DNA from: Diplonema japonicum | Taxonomy: Eukaryota; Protista; Euglenozoa: Diplonemea | Assembly (NCBI GenBank): GCA_964019335.1 | Contig: OZ025650.1 | Coordinates: 124,001 to 188,000 of the forward strand | Reading direction: 5' to 3' | DNA: 64,000 nucleotides | Shown: piece by piece, positions 21,586 through 32,039 of the stretch | Layout: each line of letters starts with the position of its first letter | How positions within the stretch are numbered: position 1 is the first letter of the stretch | Notes under the pieces: model-generated | Database searches by the model: none | The model's input: the letters and a program-made list of their open reading frames with translations, nothing else | What the model was told of the DNA's origin: nothing | Position numbers and translations under genes: made by a program

Positions 21586-24500
21586 CGTTCTTCTGACCGG
21601 TATGCATTAGACTGTTAATATAAGTCAAAACCGAGGGGACCTAATTCATGGAGTTTTTCTTTTTTTTTTTTTTCCCCTTCTTTCTTTCTTCTTTAACTTA
21701 CTCTATTTTTTTTCTTTTTTTTTTTTCTTCGCTTAAGTGACACTTGGAAGGTTTTTTTTTTTGTGGGGGAAAAAACTGCAACTCCACTCTCTTGACTAGG
21801 CAGTGAAAGGACATTGAAGGCTAGTCTGGAATTTGAAACCAAAGCAGAGAATGAGAAGGAGGGGATAAAATAAATATATAAGTTAAAGGAAGTCCTTGTG
21901 AGACGCCCTTTAAAAAATAATAGTAAAAAAAAAAAAAGTCTCATTTTTCAAAAAAAAATTCTTATTCCTGCATTTTCCTTTTCTCTATACAACATGACAC
22001 GCGCATCCTTTCGAGACCAAACAGGCTCGTAGGAGATGGAAGAAAAAAAAAGGGATAAAAAAAAAAGAGAAAAGAAATTCGGTAGTGCCCCTCTGAGTCA
22101 CATCAAAGGCACGGATGAAGAAAACCAAGTTCCCACCCCTCAATTTCTATTCCCCTTGCACCTTTTCCCCTCCCCCTTTTCCTTCCATCTTCTCCCCTCC
22201 CATTTTTTTGAGTCTCTTAAGATGTGAGTTTTCTTTTTTTTTTTTTTTTTTAAACCACCAAAGAAAGAAAAGAAAAAAAAACATCTTTTTTTTATCTTCC
22301 GAAGAGATTTCGTTCTCTCTTGTCGCTCCCCACCCACCGATAAAGAAACTTCTTTACACTATGACCGCACCTTTCGTCATTTTCTTACTTGCACGCTGAC
22401 TAACCCCTCAAAAAATTGTTTGCTCCCTCTTTTTTAATTGCTAATCGAATGCTAAAAAGGTGAACACATTTGGATATGAATAAGTGTGATTATAGTCGTA
22501 TCGTCAGGAAGTCGGGTGGCCGTTGATGAAAAGAGATCAAAATAATATTCTTTTTTTTTTTTGTGAAAATATCGTATTTTCCCATCTTGATTTTAAAAAA
22601 AAAGAGAGAGAGAAAACTTTGTGTTTCCTGTACTACTCTTTATTGCTTCTTCCCCCCATATCCCTTTTTTTCTTTCTTCAAAAAAAAAAAAAAAAAAGAA
22701 ACACACACAACAACACACACCCACCTTCTTACATCTCTCCGTTTAACACGGGATGGATTCTTTTTCTCTCTTCATTTTTTTTCTTTTTTTGGCTTTGTGG
22801 CCTTCTCTCTCTATAACAGCACACGGAACAAAAACTTTCTACATCAGGGAGAGGAAAAAAAAAAAAAAAAAAAAAAAAAAAACAAAAAAAAAACACACAA
22901 GATGATTCAAATTTGACTTTTATTGAATATCCCCTTCACCCCCTTCCCCTCTTCTAGATTCCGAAAAAAAAAAAAAACAAAAAAAAAAAAAAAAAAAACG
23001 TAAGGGAATAATAAAAAAAAGAGGAATAAAAAAAAAAAAAAAAAGGCAACATATCCGCAAGCAACTGAGAAGAACAAGGGGACATGAACCTGAAGAAGAA
23101 GAAAGAGGGAGGGGAATAAGTAAGACACTATTTCCCAGTGCCTTTTTTTTTTTTTTTTTTTTATTTGGCCCACGGATGAAGAGGTGGTTATTATAGCTTT
23201 TATCTTTCTTCCTCGGAAGAACGATGGCATGTTATGTTACTCAGCTGAACCCGTAATAATAATAATAATAATAAAAAAAAATCAATTAGCTTCGCTATCA
23301 AGGAATAGTCTTACCCCTACGATCCATGTTTTTGTAATACAAAATAAAAGGACAAATAGGGGGAGAAGGGTAAAAAAAAGGGAAAAAAACTTTAAAAAAA
23401 AGGGGGGGGGAAGACACATGGAAACAAGAGTGGCGTTACCAAAAAAAAAAAACCCCACTCCCCCCTCCTGCCACCACAGATTAGTATAGCTTCAAAGAAA
23501 GGCTAGTAAACAGCCAAAAAAATCATCCCCCCCCCCCTCCCTCCCTCCCTCCTGCTTTCCCCATATTGTTTTCTTTTTTCTGACTCTGTTTCTTTTTTGT
23601 ATTCAAAAGCTAACGAAAAAAGTGGGAGGAGCTAAAAAAGATTTTTTTTAAAAAAAAAAAGAGGAGGGAGGGAGAAAAATAAGAACAAGGGGGGGGGGGG
23701 GGGGGGGGAAGGTTTTTTTAGATCTCATCACAAATGCTCTTTTTCTTACACTTTTTTTTTTGAGAAAACTGCTCAAGGTCTGCATTTAGGAGGAACCCCA
23801 AGATTTCTTCTAAGTCCATATCCGGCGGACTACCCCAAGTCTTCAGAAAAGCAGACCCCAGTTTCGGAAAGAGCGGGAAGAGCAAGAAGAGGCAGAGTGC
23901 CAGTAGCCTCCGAAGGAAAAACCTGAGCCCAAAAGATCTCAGTTATTAAGCAAAGGTTTGCTTTCTTCTTTCTTTAATGCAGTTGGGTCGCAAGAGTATG
24001 ACTTGCACAACCCTCCCCCCCCCCCCCCCCCCCCCCCTGCTCTTTTCTTTCTTTTTCTTTTTTTCTGTGCAAGAAAAAAAATATTAATTACCGAGAATGA
24101 GTGAATGCGTTAATGTACTCAGTCAATCTCTTTTTGGAGAAAAAAAAAATACCCAGCTTTGCGAGAGGGCTGGGTGGATGGGGGGTTTTTTTTTGTTCTT
24201 TTTTTTTTTAATTTTTTTTCTTTTTTTTGTGTGTGTGTGTGTGTCTCGTTTATTCACCTTGCATCTATTCTTCCTTTCTCTCCCCCCTTTTTTCTTTCTT
24301 CCTTTGTCACCCATTTCTCCCTCATTCTTTTTTTTTTTTTTTTTAAATTCATTGGTCAAGTACCTCCAAAAGGAAGGGTATGGAGGTGGAAGACAAAAAA
24401 AAAGGGGCAGCCAAAAAAAAAACTTTTTTTTGTACCCTCGCCCCACCCCGAAAAATAAAGAAGAAAAAAAAATCTTTTTTGTCACGATGTTTCCCGTGGT

Positions 24501-25122
24501 GAGGAAGAAGGAGAGAAGGTTAAATAAAGAGGGAGAACAAAAAAAAATGAGATGTGGTACTCTGACCATGTGAAAGGGGAAGGGGGGGGGGGGGGGGGGG
24601 GGGGGTTGTTGTTCTGTTCTTTTCATTCTTCCCGAGAATGTTATCTCACCCCCCCCTCCCCCCCTCCCAATATTTTATTTTTCTGGATGCAACCAAATAC
24701 TTCGGTTCTCTTTCAACGTAATTATAACATAAAATAAAAAGACCAAGAAACAAGAGAAGCAAGTACAAAAGAACAGAGAGGAAATGGGCTATTTTTTTTT
24801 TTTTTTCTATTTTCTTCTGTTTGTGGGTAGGTGGTAGAATTTCATATGTATGCAAAGAAGGAAGAAGGAGAAAGAAAGAGAAGAACAAATGAATAATATA
24901 AAACCCCCCCTATTCGTGCGCATTTTTTTTTCCTCCTCTTGAAATACTGGACACTGCTGCAAACACAGGAACAAAGCAGTGAAGTTTTTCTATTTGAGGG
25001 GAAGAAATAAAAATAAAAAAAAGTAAAAGGGAGACATGGTGAAGAGGGAGGCAGAGCGTTCCCATCCACCCCGTTCATGATTCTCCCTCACTTTTTCTTT
25101 TCCCCCGTTATTTTCATTGTTG

Positions 25123-25153
<31 letters not shown>

Positions 25154-25290
25154 TTTAAATTCTTTTTTAAACCCGTAACGGGCAAAAGCAATCCGAGGCC
25201 GGCACGCACTACCAAAAGGCCACATTCTCTGATGTTAAAAGTTTCAAAAAAAAAAAAAAAAAAAAAAAAAGAGAGATAAAACTGTCAATA

Positions 25291-26611
25291 TCATGTGGCG
25301 ACCTTCACCTTCAGAGGCACATCACACCCAGGAGGCTTGCAGTTGTGCAAAGAAGCAATGGCGGCCGTAGCTGCTTCGGGACCCTGTATTTATTATTTCT
25401 TTCTTTTTTTTTTTTTTTTTTGTTTTTTCTTTTCGTACCATTATCCAAACAAACCCACTCCGGGAAGCATGTTGTTGCTTAGCAGGGAAAATAGAAGCGT
25501 CGGTGATCTCCCCATAGGCAGAGAATATCCGTTTCAGGTTGCTGTGTATTTTTTTTTTTTTTTTATCTAAAAAAAAAAAAAAAAAAAGAAAAAAAACAAA
25601 CCTTTCATCCCAACCTCCTGCAATATTGGAAACGTACAACTTAACGACAGCCTTGCTCAGCGGTGTAGTGGGCTGCAAGGGTTGCTGTGCCGCGGCGGCG
25701 GCGATGGCGGAGACTGGGGCTGTTGCCTCTTGCTGATGCTGCTGCTGTGCGAGGCCCATGGGCAACATGTTAGCAAAGGGTGCCATGTTCATAGGAACGC
25801 CACCCATGTTCATCGGCATGTTGACCATATTGCTCCCGACCAGCATGTTCATGGGGATGGCTGGCTGCATGGCAGTCAGGAGGCTGGGGTCAAGTAAAAG
25901 CTGGTTTTGCTGAGCAGTGAGCATGTCAACAGGTTGCGGTGCCTTCATGGGACCAGGGATGTTAACAGGGATCACAGGGTGAGGCTTTCCTTGCGTTGGT
26001 GCGGGCTGGGGCGGTGGGCCATTCGCCGCACCAGGCTTGGGTGGCTCCGCCCAGCGTACTGTCAACCGTTGGTCATCATCAAACAGCTGGTCACTCAAAG
26101 CACTGAGCGCGTCCAATGCACTGCTTAAATTAGTATATGTGACAAAACTGCTCCGCCTCCCGCCCCTCCCCCTATTGAACAGCATGTAACAATCACTGAT
26201 TTCACCATACATTTCAAAAATCTCAGTGATGTAATCAGTGGTGCTGTTAGGTGGTAGGTTTGATACGTACAGCTTGTAAGGCGGCTGTCTTGCTGCCGTC
26301 ACTTCTTCGCTTTCGTCAAAGGTCCCCTTCACATCTGCTAGCTTAATGGTTACCTTCTGGCTGTCCCCGTCCGGGTACCAGTCCTGAAGCGCCTCAACTG
26401 CCATCACAGCCGACTCGTGGTCGTGGAACGTCACAAACCCACTCAACCGCCCTCCTCTTCCTTTCCTGTTCAAGATATGTGCCTCCACTACCTTCCCATA
26501 TTTCTCAAACTCCTCTGTCAGGCTCTCCGTCGTCATCCCGGCCTTCAAGTTTGCTACATATAACTTGCGCTTTTCGTGGGCCGCCACCCTGCCGCTCTCT
26601 GACATTTCCAT
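25291..26611 (-). CDS. Three-RRM RNA-binding protein (CELF/ELAV-like layout); exons 26611-25602, 25541-25439, 25383-25291
   Basis: RNP2 KLYVANL/KLYVSNL/KLYVSNI and RNP1 SGFVTF/SSFVTY/SGFVW. Splicing completes RRM3: GWDESNLKRIFSAYG...GFVWIMGPEAATAAIASLHN...PLKVKVAT*. Confidence 0.9.
25384..25438 (-). other. 55-nt GT-AG intron with poly(A) tract
   Basis: ATG|GTACG-A-rich-AATAAATACAG|GGT. Required to restore the RRM3 frame. Confidence 0.9.
25542..25601 (-). other. 60-nt GT-AG intron, poly(T) then poly(A)
   Basis: AG|GTTTG-T(n)-AGAT-A(n)-TACACAG|C. Removal deletes a poly-Phe/poly-Lys stretch from RRM3. Confidence 0.85.
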
Positions 26612-26688
26612 CTTGCTTCCTTTATTTATTCCCTTGCGGGGTTCTTTTTGTTATTCAAAGACTCCCTTGTTCACTTCCTATGAATGCT

Positions 26689-26738
<50 letters not shown>

Positions 26739-26874
26739 TAGGAAGCGGAAGAGACAGGGGGGAAAAAAAAACACAAGAAAAAAGAAAGAAGAAAAGACGT
26801 TTGAGCTAGCAAAAAAAAAAAAAAAAAAAAAAAAAACAGTAAAGAGTACCCGTTCACCCTTCCCATTTTAACAA

Positions 26875-27587
26875 TCACATCTTTGACATCCACGGGGTGG
26901 TTTTTATGGAGACCTTGAAAGCGGTCTTTCGCAGCAGTTCTGTCTCATTCTCTGACACGACCAGCAGGAAGCCTCCTCCTGCACCTGAGAAAAGACAGCC
27001 GTTATAAGGCGCACCAGTGTAAGGTTGGTACCAGGAGTGGGAGTAAGATGGAACGGTTTCGGGAAGGAGATCGGACCAGCCTTGCATCGTGGTGGTGAGG
27101 CCTGTGCCGAGGAGGGAGGCGGAGCGGGTTTTAATGCCTTGCCATGCAAGGGATGAACCTTTCGCGATTTTCGCAGCGTTCTCTTCGCTGAGGTGTTGGG
27201 TTTTGAGGGGGTTGTAGCCTTGCGGGCGACTGGGCAAGGGAACGACCCACAGGACGTTTTCTAGCCACTTTACTGTGTCGTGGTCAGTGACGCTGTCCAC
27301 CGACTTCGGCCAATATTTCCCATCGTAGTTCAGCTGGTTGATACCTGGAAGCATGAGACCCAGTGCATCCTGGCTCCCTGATACGTATTCGCAGTCTATC
27401 GGGTTTTCGCAATTGAACAAAAACCGTGCCAGTTTCATGGGGTTGTCATCAGGCGGCTCGCCCCCCTTGTCTGTCCCCCATAGCTTTGTCCCCACCGTCC
27501 TTGTTGACGTTGCCAGGCCCGACCGCGTTTTAAACATCTCATGCGGGTGGACATTCACCACTATTACGGACCCGGGGTGGAGTTTCT

Positions 27588-27622
<35 letters not shown>

Positions 27623-27704
27623 CTCATACCGACACCCATGGCTGGTCCAGCCACCCGCCGGCAAGGCAAATCCGCCAGGGGAAATGATGCAAATCATCAC
27701 CCAT
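26875..27704 (-). CDS. Bacterial-type GHMP-kinase-like protein; exons 27704-27630 and 27585-26875
   Basis: Spliced N-terminus MGDDLHHFPWRICLAGGWLDQPWVS|KLHPGSV. Motifs RSGLATS, SGSQD and FSGAGGG. Resembles, from memory, the GHMP-like half of bacterial cytidylyltransferase-kinase fusions. Confidence 0.8.
27586..27629 (-). other. 44-nt GT-AG intron with poly(A) tract
   Basis: TCG|GTATGAGGATTT-A(n)-CCAG|AAA. Joins the PxRIxLAGGWLD exon in frame. Confidence 0.9.
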
Positions 27705-27726
27705 TTTTTTTTTTTTTTTTTTTTTA

Positions 27727-28757
27727 ATTTAATTCTGAGCAGCTCTCAAAGAATTTAGGCCGGAAGATATAAATAAAGTATCTGATTTTTTCCTCATGTT
27801 TTTAAGCCAACGTTGCTGATTTTGCTGGGCGTGAAAATCAGGTACTTTATTTCACGCCCACAGTCATTTCTAGCAAAATGGGAAGAAAACCGAAGGCGAC
27901 CGGGAAGCGAGCCAAGGGCATCAGCCTCGAGAAAGAGGCCAAAGCTGTGATGGAAGACACGCTTCCAACGGCAAGCAAAATAGCCTACAAGAAGGAGTGG
28001 GAGAGGTTTTGCACCTACCACTCGATCAAACCCACGCCCCTTCAGCCCTGCCCCTTCGACACAGCCCACTTCTCAGCAGTGCACAGAATCACGTTTGACA
28101 TAAACGCCACCATCAATTCGCCGAATTGATCATACCAAACCCAGTACCGTGTTCAGTAAAGACTCGCGCATTGCGCCGCTACAAGCAGGCAGCAGCGAAG
28201 CCACACTTAGCACCTAAATTCTTTTCGAGAGCAGCTCATCATTAAATGTTGTCTCGATTTTAGTGGTGCCATGCAGTATGTGACACAGCGGCCACCCTTG
28301 TGAAACTTCGCCCCGAAGCCTCCCAAGTCCCCTGCGGTCCCGTAGAAAGTAAAAGTGGAGAAGTAAAGAAAGCTTGGAAATTGAAATAGGGAGAGGGGCC
28401 ACAGAAGCAATTAAACACCAACTGGAGAGTTGTGGGAGGCTTGCTTCACTGGCACGATGCCGTGGGGAGGCTACTTGCCTGACCTGGTGAAGCCACCTCC
28501 TTGTTCGATGTAATGGGATAAGGGACTCTCCGTTGAGGGCGATGCTAACTGGCGCCACGCGTAGGTTTCCCCACGTGTACGGCTTTAGAACGAGAGTTTC
28601 CCTTTCGCTTGTGTTTCTCCAAACCACAATTACCAGGAACCACCACAGGGAGGTTGGAAACATTGGTCCCCATTAAATAAAATGCAGTATTGAATAAAAT
28701 CAGAGCATGATTTCACTTGTGGGGTCCCCACGCGTGAAATCAGGCTATCTGATTTTC
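27727..28757 (+). mobile_element. Putative degenerate/non-autonomous tyrosine-recombinase-type element with interleaved repeats
   Basis: Imperfect ~33-bp inverted repeats at 27727-27759 and 28213-28247. Shared motifs gcgtgaa(a)atcagg and tatctgatttt at 27771-27859 and 28696-28757. Plus-strand ORF. Lacks the homopolymers of normal spacers. Confidence 0.6.
27878..28129 (+). pseudogene. Truncated ORF resembling the N-terminal core-binding part of a Crypton/DIRS-type tyrosine recombinase
   Basis: EAKAVMEDTLPTASKIAYKKEWERFCTY fits the LP-x-S-K-x-x-Y-x-x-x-W-x-x-F pattern. Basic N-terminus. No catalytic RHRY region seen. Confidence 0.5.
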
Positions 28758-28870
28758 ATTTAAGGAATAGAGCAGACAAACTCGTTAAACGGAAAAAAAA
28801 AAAAAAAAAAGAAGAAAAAAATGGAAACTAACGGAGTATTCGATTTAATTGGTCTTAGTAGAATTAAAGT

Positions 28871-28908
<38 letters not shown>

Positions 28909-28952
28909 ATGCACCCCTTTTAGAATGCCACCCCCTCTTTTCATCTTTCTGC

Positions 28953-30902
28953 TCAGGCTTCTCTATCATGCAGCTTCCACAGCAATGGTGTGGTCGTGAG
29001 GCTGAGCGACGTTGCACCAAGCAACATGAAGTACATCTCGTTCGTGATGAGCCCCTGGGCTTTGCTGTGGGCAGCAATGACAAATGAGAACTCAGACATC
29101 TGAGAGAGGCCGAGAGAGACGAGTGAAGCGTCGAAAATGTCAACCTTGCAGAGGAAAGTGAAGACAAGAAGGCCAATGACGTACTTGACACAGACGATTA
29201 GAAGGGTGAGGGAGAGGAGCAGTGTCATCTCTCGTAAAAGGAAAGTAGGGTAGATGTGAAATCCAATTGCTGCGAAGAAAAAGCTCACAAAGAAGTCCTG
29301 CAGCGGTCGCACGTTCTCCTCCACCAGATCCCTCAGTTCCACATCGCCTGTAAACGCTAGGCCTACACAAAAGCTCCCCACCTCCATCGACAGCCCCATT
29401 TCCTCCGAGATCCACATCACCGCAAAGCACACGCTCAACACAGCCAATAACACCAGTTCCCGTTCTCCCTTCAATCGCCTCACCGCTGGTCCCACCACCC
29501 ACTGCCCCCCTGCTACGCACATCCCCGCCAGCACCACCAGCCCTAGTATCAGCTTCCCGACTATGACAACCCCTTGCGTGTCACCCCAGCTTTCCAACAC
29601 TGGCAACATTGCCACCATCAACCCGAGCGACACGTCTTGCACCACCAAGACCCCGAGGAGAATGGTGCCGTGCACTGAATCAGCTTCTTTTGCCGTCAAG
29701 CACTTCATTGCGACAGCGGTTGAAGAAAGCGAGAATGCAAAGCCAAGCACAACACCTTCGGAGTACGGTGCCTGGAAGACAGTCCGCAGCACGCATACAG
29801 AGAGGCTGATGACGACCAGCATAATGGTGACACCTCCGAAAACAGCCTGCCGCCACACTTTGGACAGTTTGGCTAAAGAGAATTCGACGCCAAGCAGGAA
29901 CAGCATCAGGTAAACGCCAAGCTGGGAGAGCGTTTCTATCTGGACGAGATTGTGAAGCATGTTCATGACGGAAGGGGAGAGGAAGGTTCCTGCGGCGATG
30001 AAGCCGAAGAACAAAGGCAGGCGCAGGCAGTGCGCGACGAGGGAGAAGAGGAAGGAGGAGACGACGACCATGACAATATCGTTGAGAAGGTCCTTGTCCT
30101 CGTAGTGAACGGAGAAGTCGTGTGGCATGGCGAGCACGTACCTGTTGTTCTCATGATCGATCAGCGTGCTGATGATTCCAAGCCCCCCACCTGTATCGTG
30201 CACTACAGCATGGCCTCTTTTGTTATCCACTTTGATCACCGTTTCTACAGCGGTGTCCTTGGACTCCCGTGCTTTGGTCCATGCGTCTTTGGAGTTCATC
30301 TCAGCACGCAGGTCTGTGATAGCTTTCCCAAGCTCGTTGTCAACGATGTCGACCAGCTGCTTGCTGACGCCGTAGCCTTTCGCCTTTGACGATTCGTTTC
30401 GTTTCACCATTTCCCTCTCAGTCCTTTCCAGTTCCAGCAACTCTTCGTAATCTTCGTTCGCTCGTATCGACTTTTCTTGTAAATCCTGCAATCTGAGCTG
30501 GAGCTTCCCCTTGATGCCCTCCCCTGTAAGGTTCTTCATCAGGTCCGACAGCTGCCACGCCTTCTCCATCACGGCGTCCTCCAACTCGTTCAACATCTTC
30601 TGCCCCAGCTTCCTCTTTCTGCTCACGATATCCGTCAGATTCTGACCTGGTTTGTTAAAAGCAGCGTCCAAACGGTGCTTCGCGCTCAAAATCTTTTGCA
30701 GCACTTTGATGTCCTTTGAGAACTTCTTGTTGAACACCTTTTCATTCACAAAAACCTGCTTCCCAGGGACATTCGGTTTCAAATCCCCTCTCTTCGCGGC
30801 TACTTCTGTACCTGGCATCAGCGTCATTGTCACCACTTGTATGTAGAAAACAAGCAAAGACAGAACCGCAAGTCCCCCATTCAGGGCACTCCGGATGCCC
30901 AT
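28953..30902 (-). CDS. KEA4-6/TMCO3-like K+/H+ antiporter (CPA2 family)
   Basis: N-terminal hydrophobic anchor, coiled coil and AVETV, then LGVYLMLFLLGVEFS, SLSSTAV, GVLVVQD, FFAAIG, LSQMSEFSFV. Confidence 0.9.
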   Translation of the reverse strand: MGIRSALNGGLAVLSLLVFYIQVVTMTLMPGTEVAAKRGDLKPNVPGKQVFVNEKVFNKKFSKDIKVLQKILSAKHRLDAAFNKPGQNLTDIVSRKRKLGQKMLNELEDAVMEKAWQLSDLMKNLTGEGIKGKLQLRLQDLQEKSIRANEDYEELLELERTEREMVKRNESSKAKGYGVSKQLVDIVDNELGKAITDLRAEMNSKDAWTKARESKDTAVETVIKVDNKRGHAVVHDTGGGLGIISTLIDHENNRYVLAMPHDFSVHYEDKDLLNDIVMVVVSSFLFSLVAHCLRLPLFFGFIAAGTFLSPSVMNMLHNLVQIETLSQLGVYLMLFLLGVEFSLAKLSKVWRQAVFGGVTIMLVVISLSVCVLRTVFQAPYSEGVVLGFAFSLSSTAVAMKCLTAKEADSVHGTILLGVLVVQDVSLGLMVAMLPVLESWGDTQGVVIVGKLILGLVVLAGMCVAGGQWVVGPAVRRLKGERELVLLAVLSVCFAVMWISEEMGLSMEVGSFCVGLAFTGDVELRDLVEENVRPLQDFFVSFFFAAIGFHIYPTFLLREMTLLLSLTLLIVCVKYVIGLLVFTFLCKVDIFDASLVSLGLSQMSEFSFVIAAHSKAQGLITNEMYFMLLGATSLSLTTTPLLWKLHDREA

Positions 30903-31313
30903 GGCTCCTGTTGAAGGGCATTAGTTAGTGTCAAAAGGAAACGGGGAAACAATCAATAAATTTGCAAGGGTGCTCACCGTTCATGAAGAACTTCACACAA
31001 CAAAAGCGAAAAAGAGAGAGGGGGGAAATGTAAAAGATCCGTGGTTTCGTTAAAAGCTCACACCCTTCATCGTCGGCAACCCCTTCCTCTTTAGTTTACA
31101 TTGTATTTATACTATTTGCCCAAGTTCCTTCTTCTTAAGGTGTTTACCTTGCAAAGGACAAGCAACGTGGAAGTGAAACGTTGGAAGGACACGCGGGACA
31201 TGTAAAAGAAAAAAAAAATCATTTTCGCCAACAGTATCCCTTCCAAAGATGGTTCAGCTTCCTGTATAAATTAGAGGATGGGGCAGGGTGAGCCTGTTAG
31301 TAACTCTCGTTCC

Positions 31314-31940
31314 TCAAGCCAGCTTAGCGCCAATGGCTCCTCCGGGGTGGTTGGCACGGAACTGGGGCCTTGTAAGGCCGACGGAGGCGGTGACGGTTCG
31401 TACTAGGCAGTTGGCGAGTGCTTCCTGTACTACGACGGAGGTAGTGGGGATGGAATCAAGGGGTTCTGTGGCAGTGCCCATGGTGTAGGAGAGGGGTATG
31501 TCAGTAGGGATGGCAGGGGTAAGGGTCCCCGTAATGCTTAGAACGGTGGTGGTTGGCATGCGATTCTTGATGCCAGTCACAGCAGCAACAACTTCCTGCG
31601 TTCCACCAGAGTGCGAGATTGCGACAACCACTGGATTCTCCGCCCCTTCAAGCATCCCTAAATCACCATGTGCCCATTCTGCAGCATGTACAAATGTGCA
31701 CCTTACCCCCACTGACCTTAGTGACACGGCCAACCTTTCCCCAACCTTTCCACTCTTCCCGATTCCCGTTACCAATACTGCCTCCCTCCCTTCCAGTATC
31801 TTCGCCGCGCCTTGTTCCACATTCGTCCCTAAGCCCTTCTCGTACCCTTCCGCCGTTGCCCGCAAGGCTTCCATATCATTCCTTAGACTCGCCATCCCCT
31901 GCGAGACGTACCTCCTGCATGTGGTCAGCCTGCGGATCAT
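31314..31940 (-). CDS. SIS-domain-only KdsD/KpsF/GutQ-like sugar-phosphate isomerase with a probable mitochondrial presequence
   Basis: Motifs VTGIGKSG, HAAEWAHGDLG, ISHSGGTQE, PTTS, FRANHPGGAIG. No CBS domains. N-terminus MIRRLTTCRRY. Confidence 0.88.
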   Translation of the reverse strand: MIRRLTTCRRYVSQGMASLRNDMEALRATAEGYEKGLGTNVEQGAAKILEGREAVLVTGIGKSGKVGERLAVSLRSVGVRCTFVHAAEWAHGDLGMLEGAENPVVVAISHSGGTQEVVAAVTGIKNRMPTTTVLSITGTLTPAIPTDIPLSYTMGTATEPLDSIPTTSVVVQEALANCLVRTVTASVGLTRPQFRANHPGGAIGAKLA

Positions 31941-32039
31941 CTCCTCCTGTTGCGCGTTTATTTAGAATGAACGAAGTTTAAAGGTGGTACTGATTTAATA
32001 CACATCTAACTTAATAGTCTAAAATAAAGAAGAAGCATT

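Noticed and set aside
27842-27851. GTACTTTATT resembling the 3' end of euglenozoan spliced leaders
   Set aside because: Only 10 nt match, with no following G|GT donor or rest of an SL RNA
28153-28242. Box C/D snoRNA (minus-strand ATGATGA...CTGA)
   Set aside because: No terminal stem or recognisable rRNA guide, and box C falls inside the inverted repeat, where the other copy lacks it
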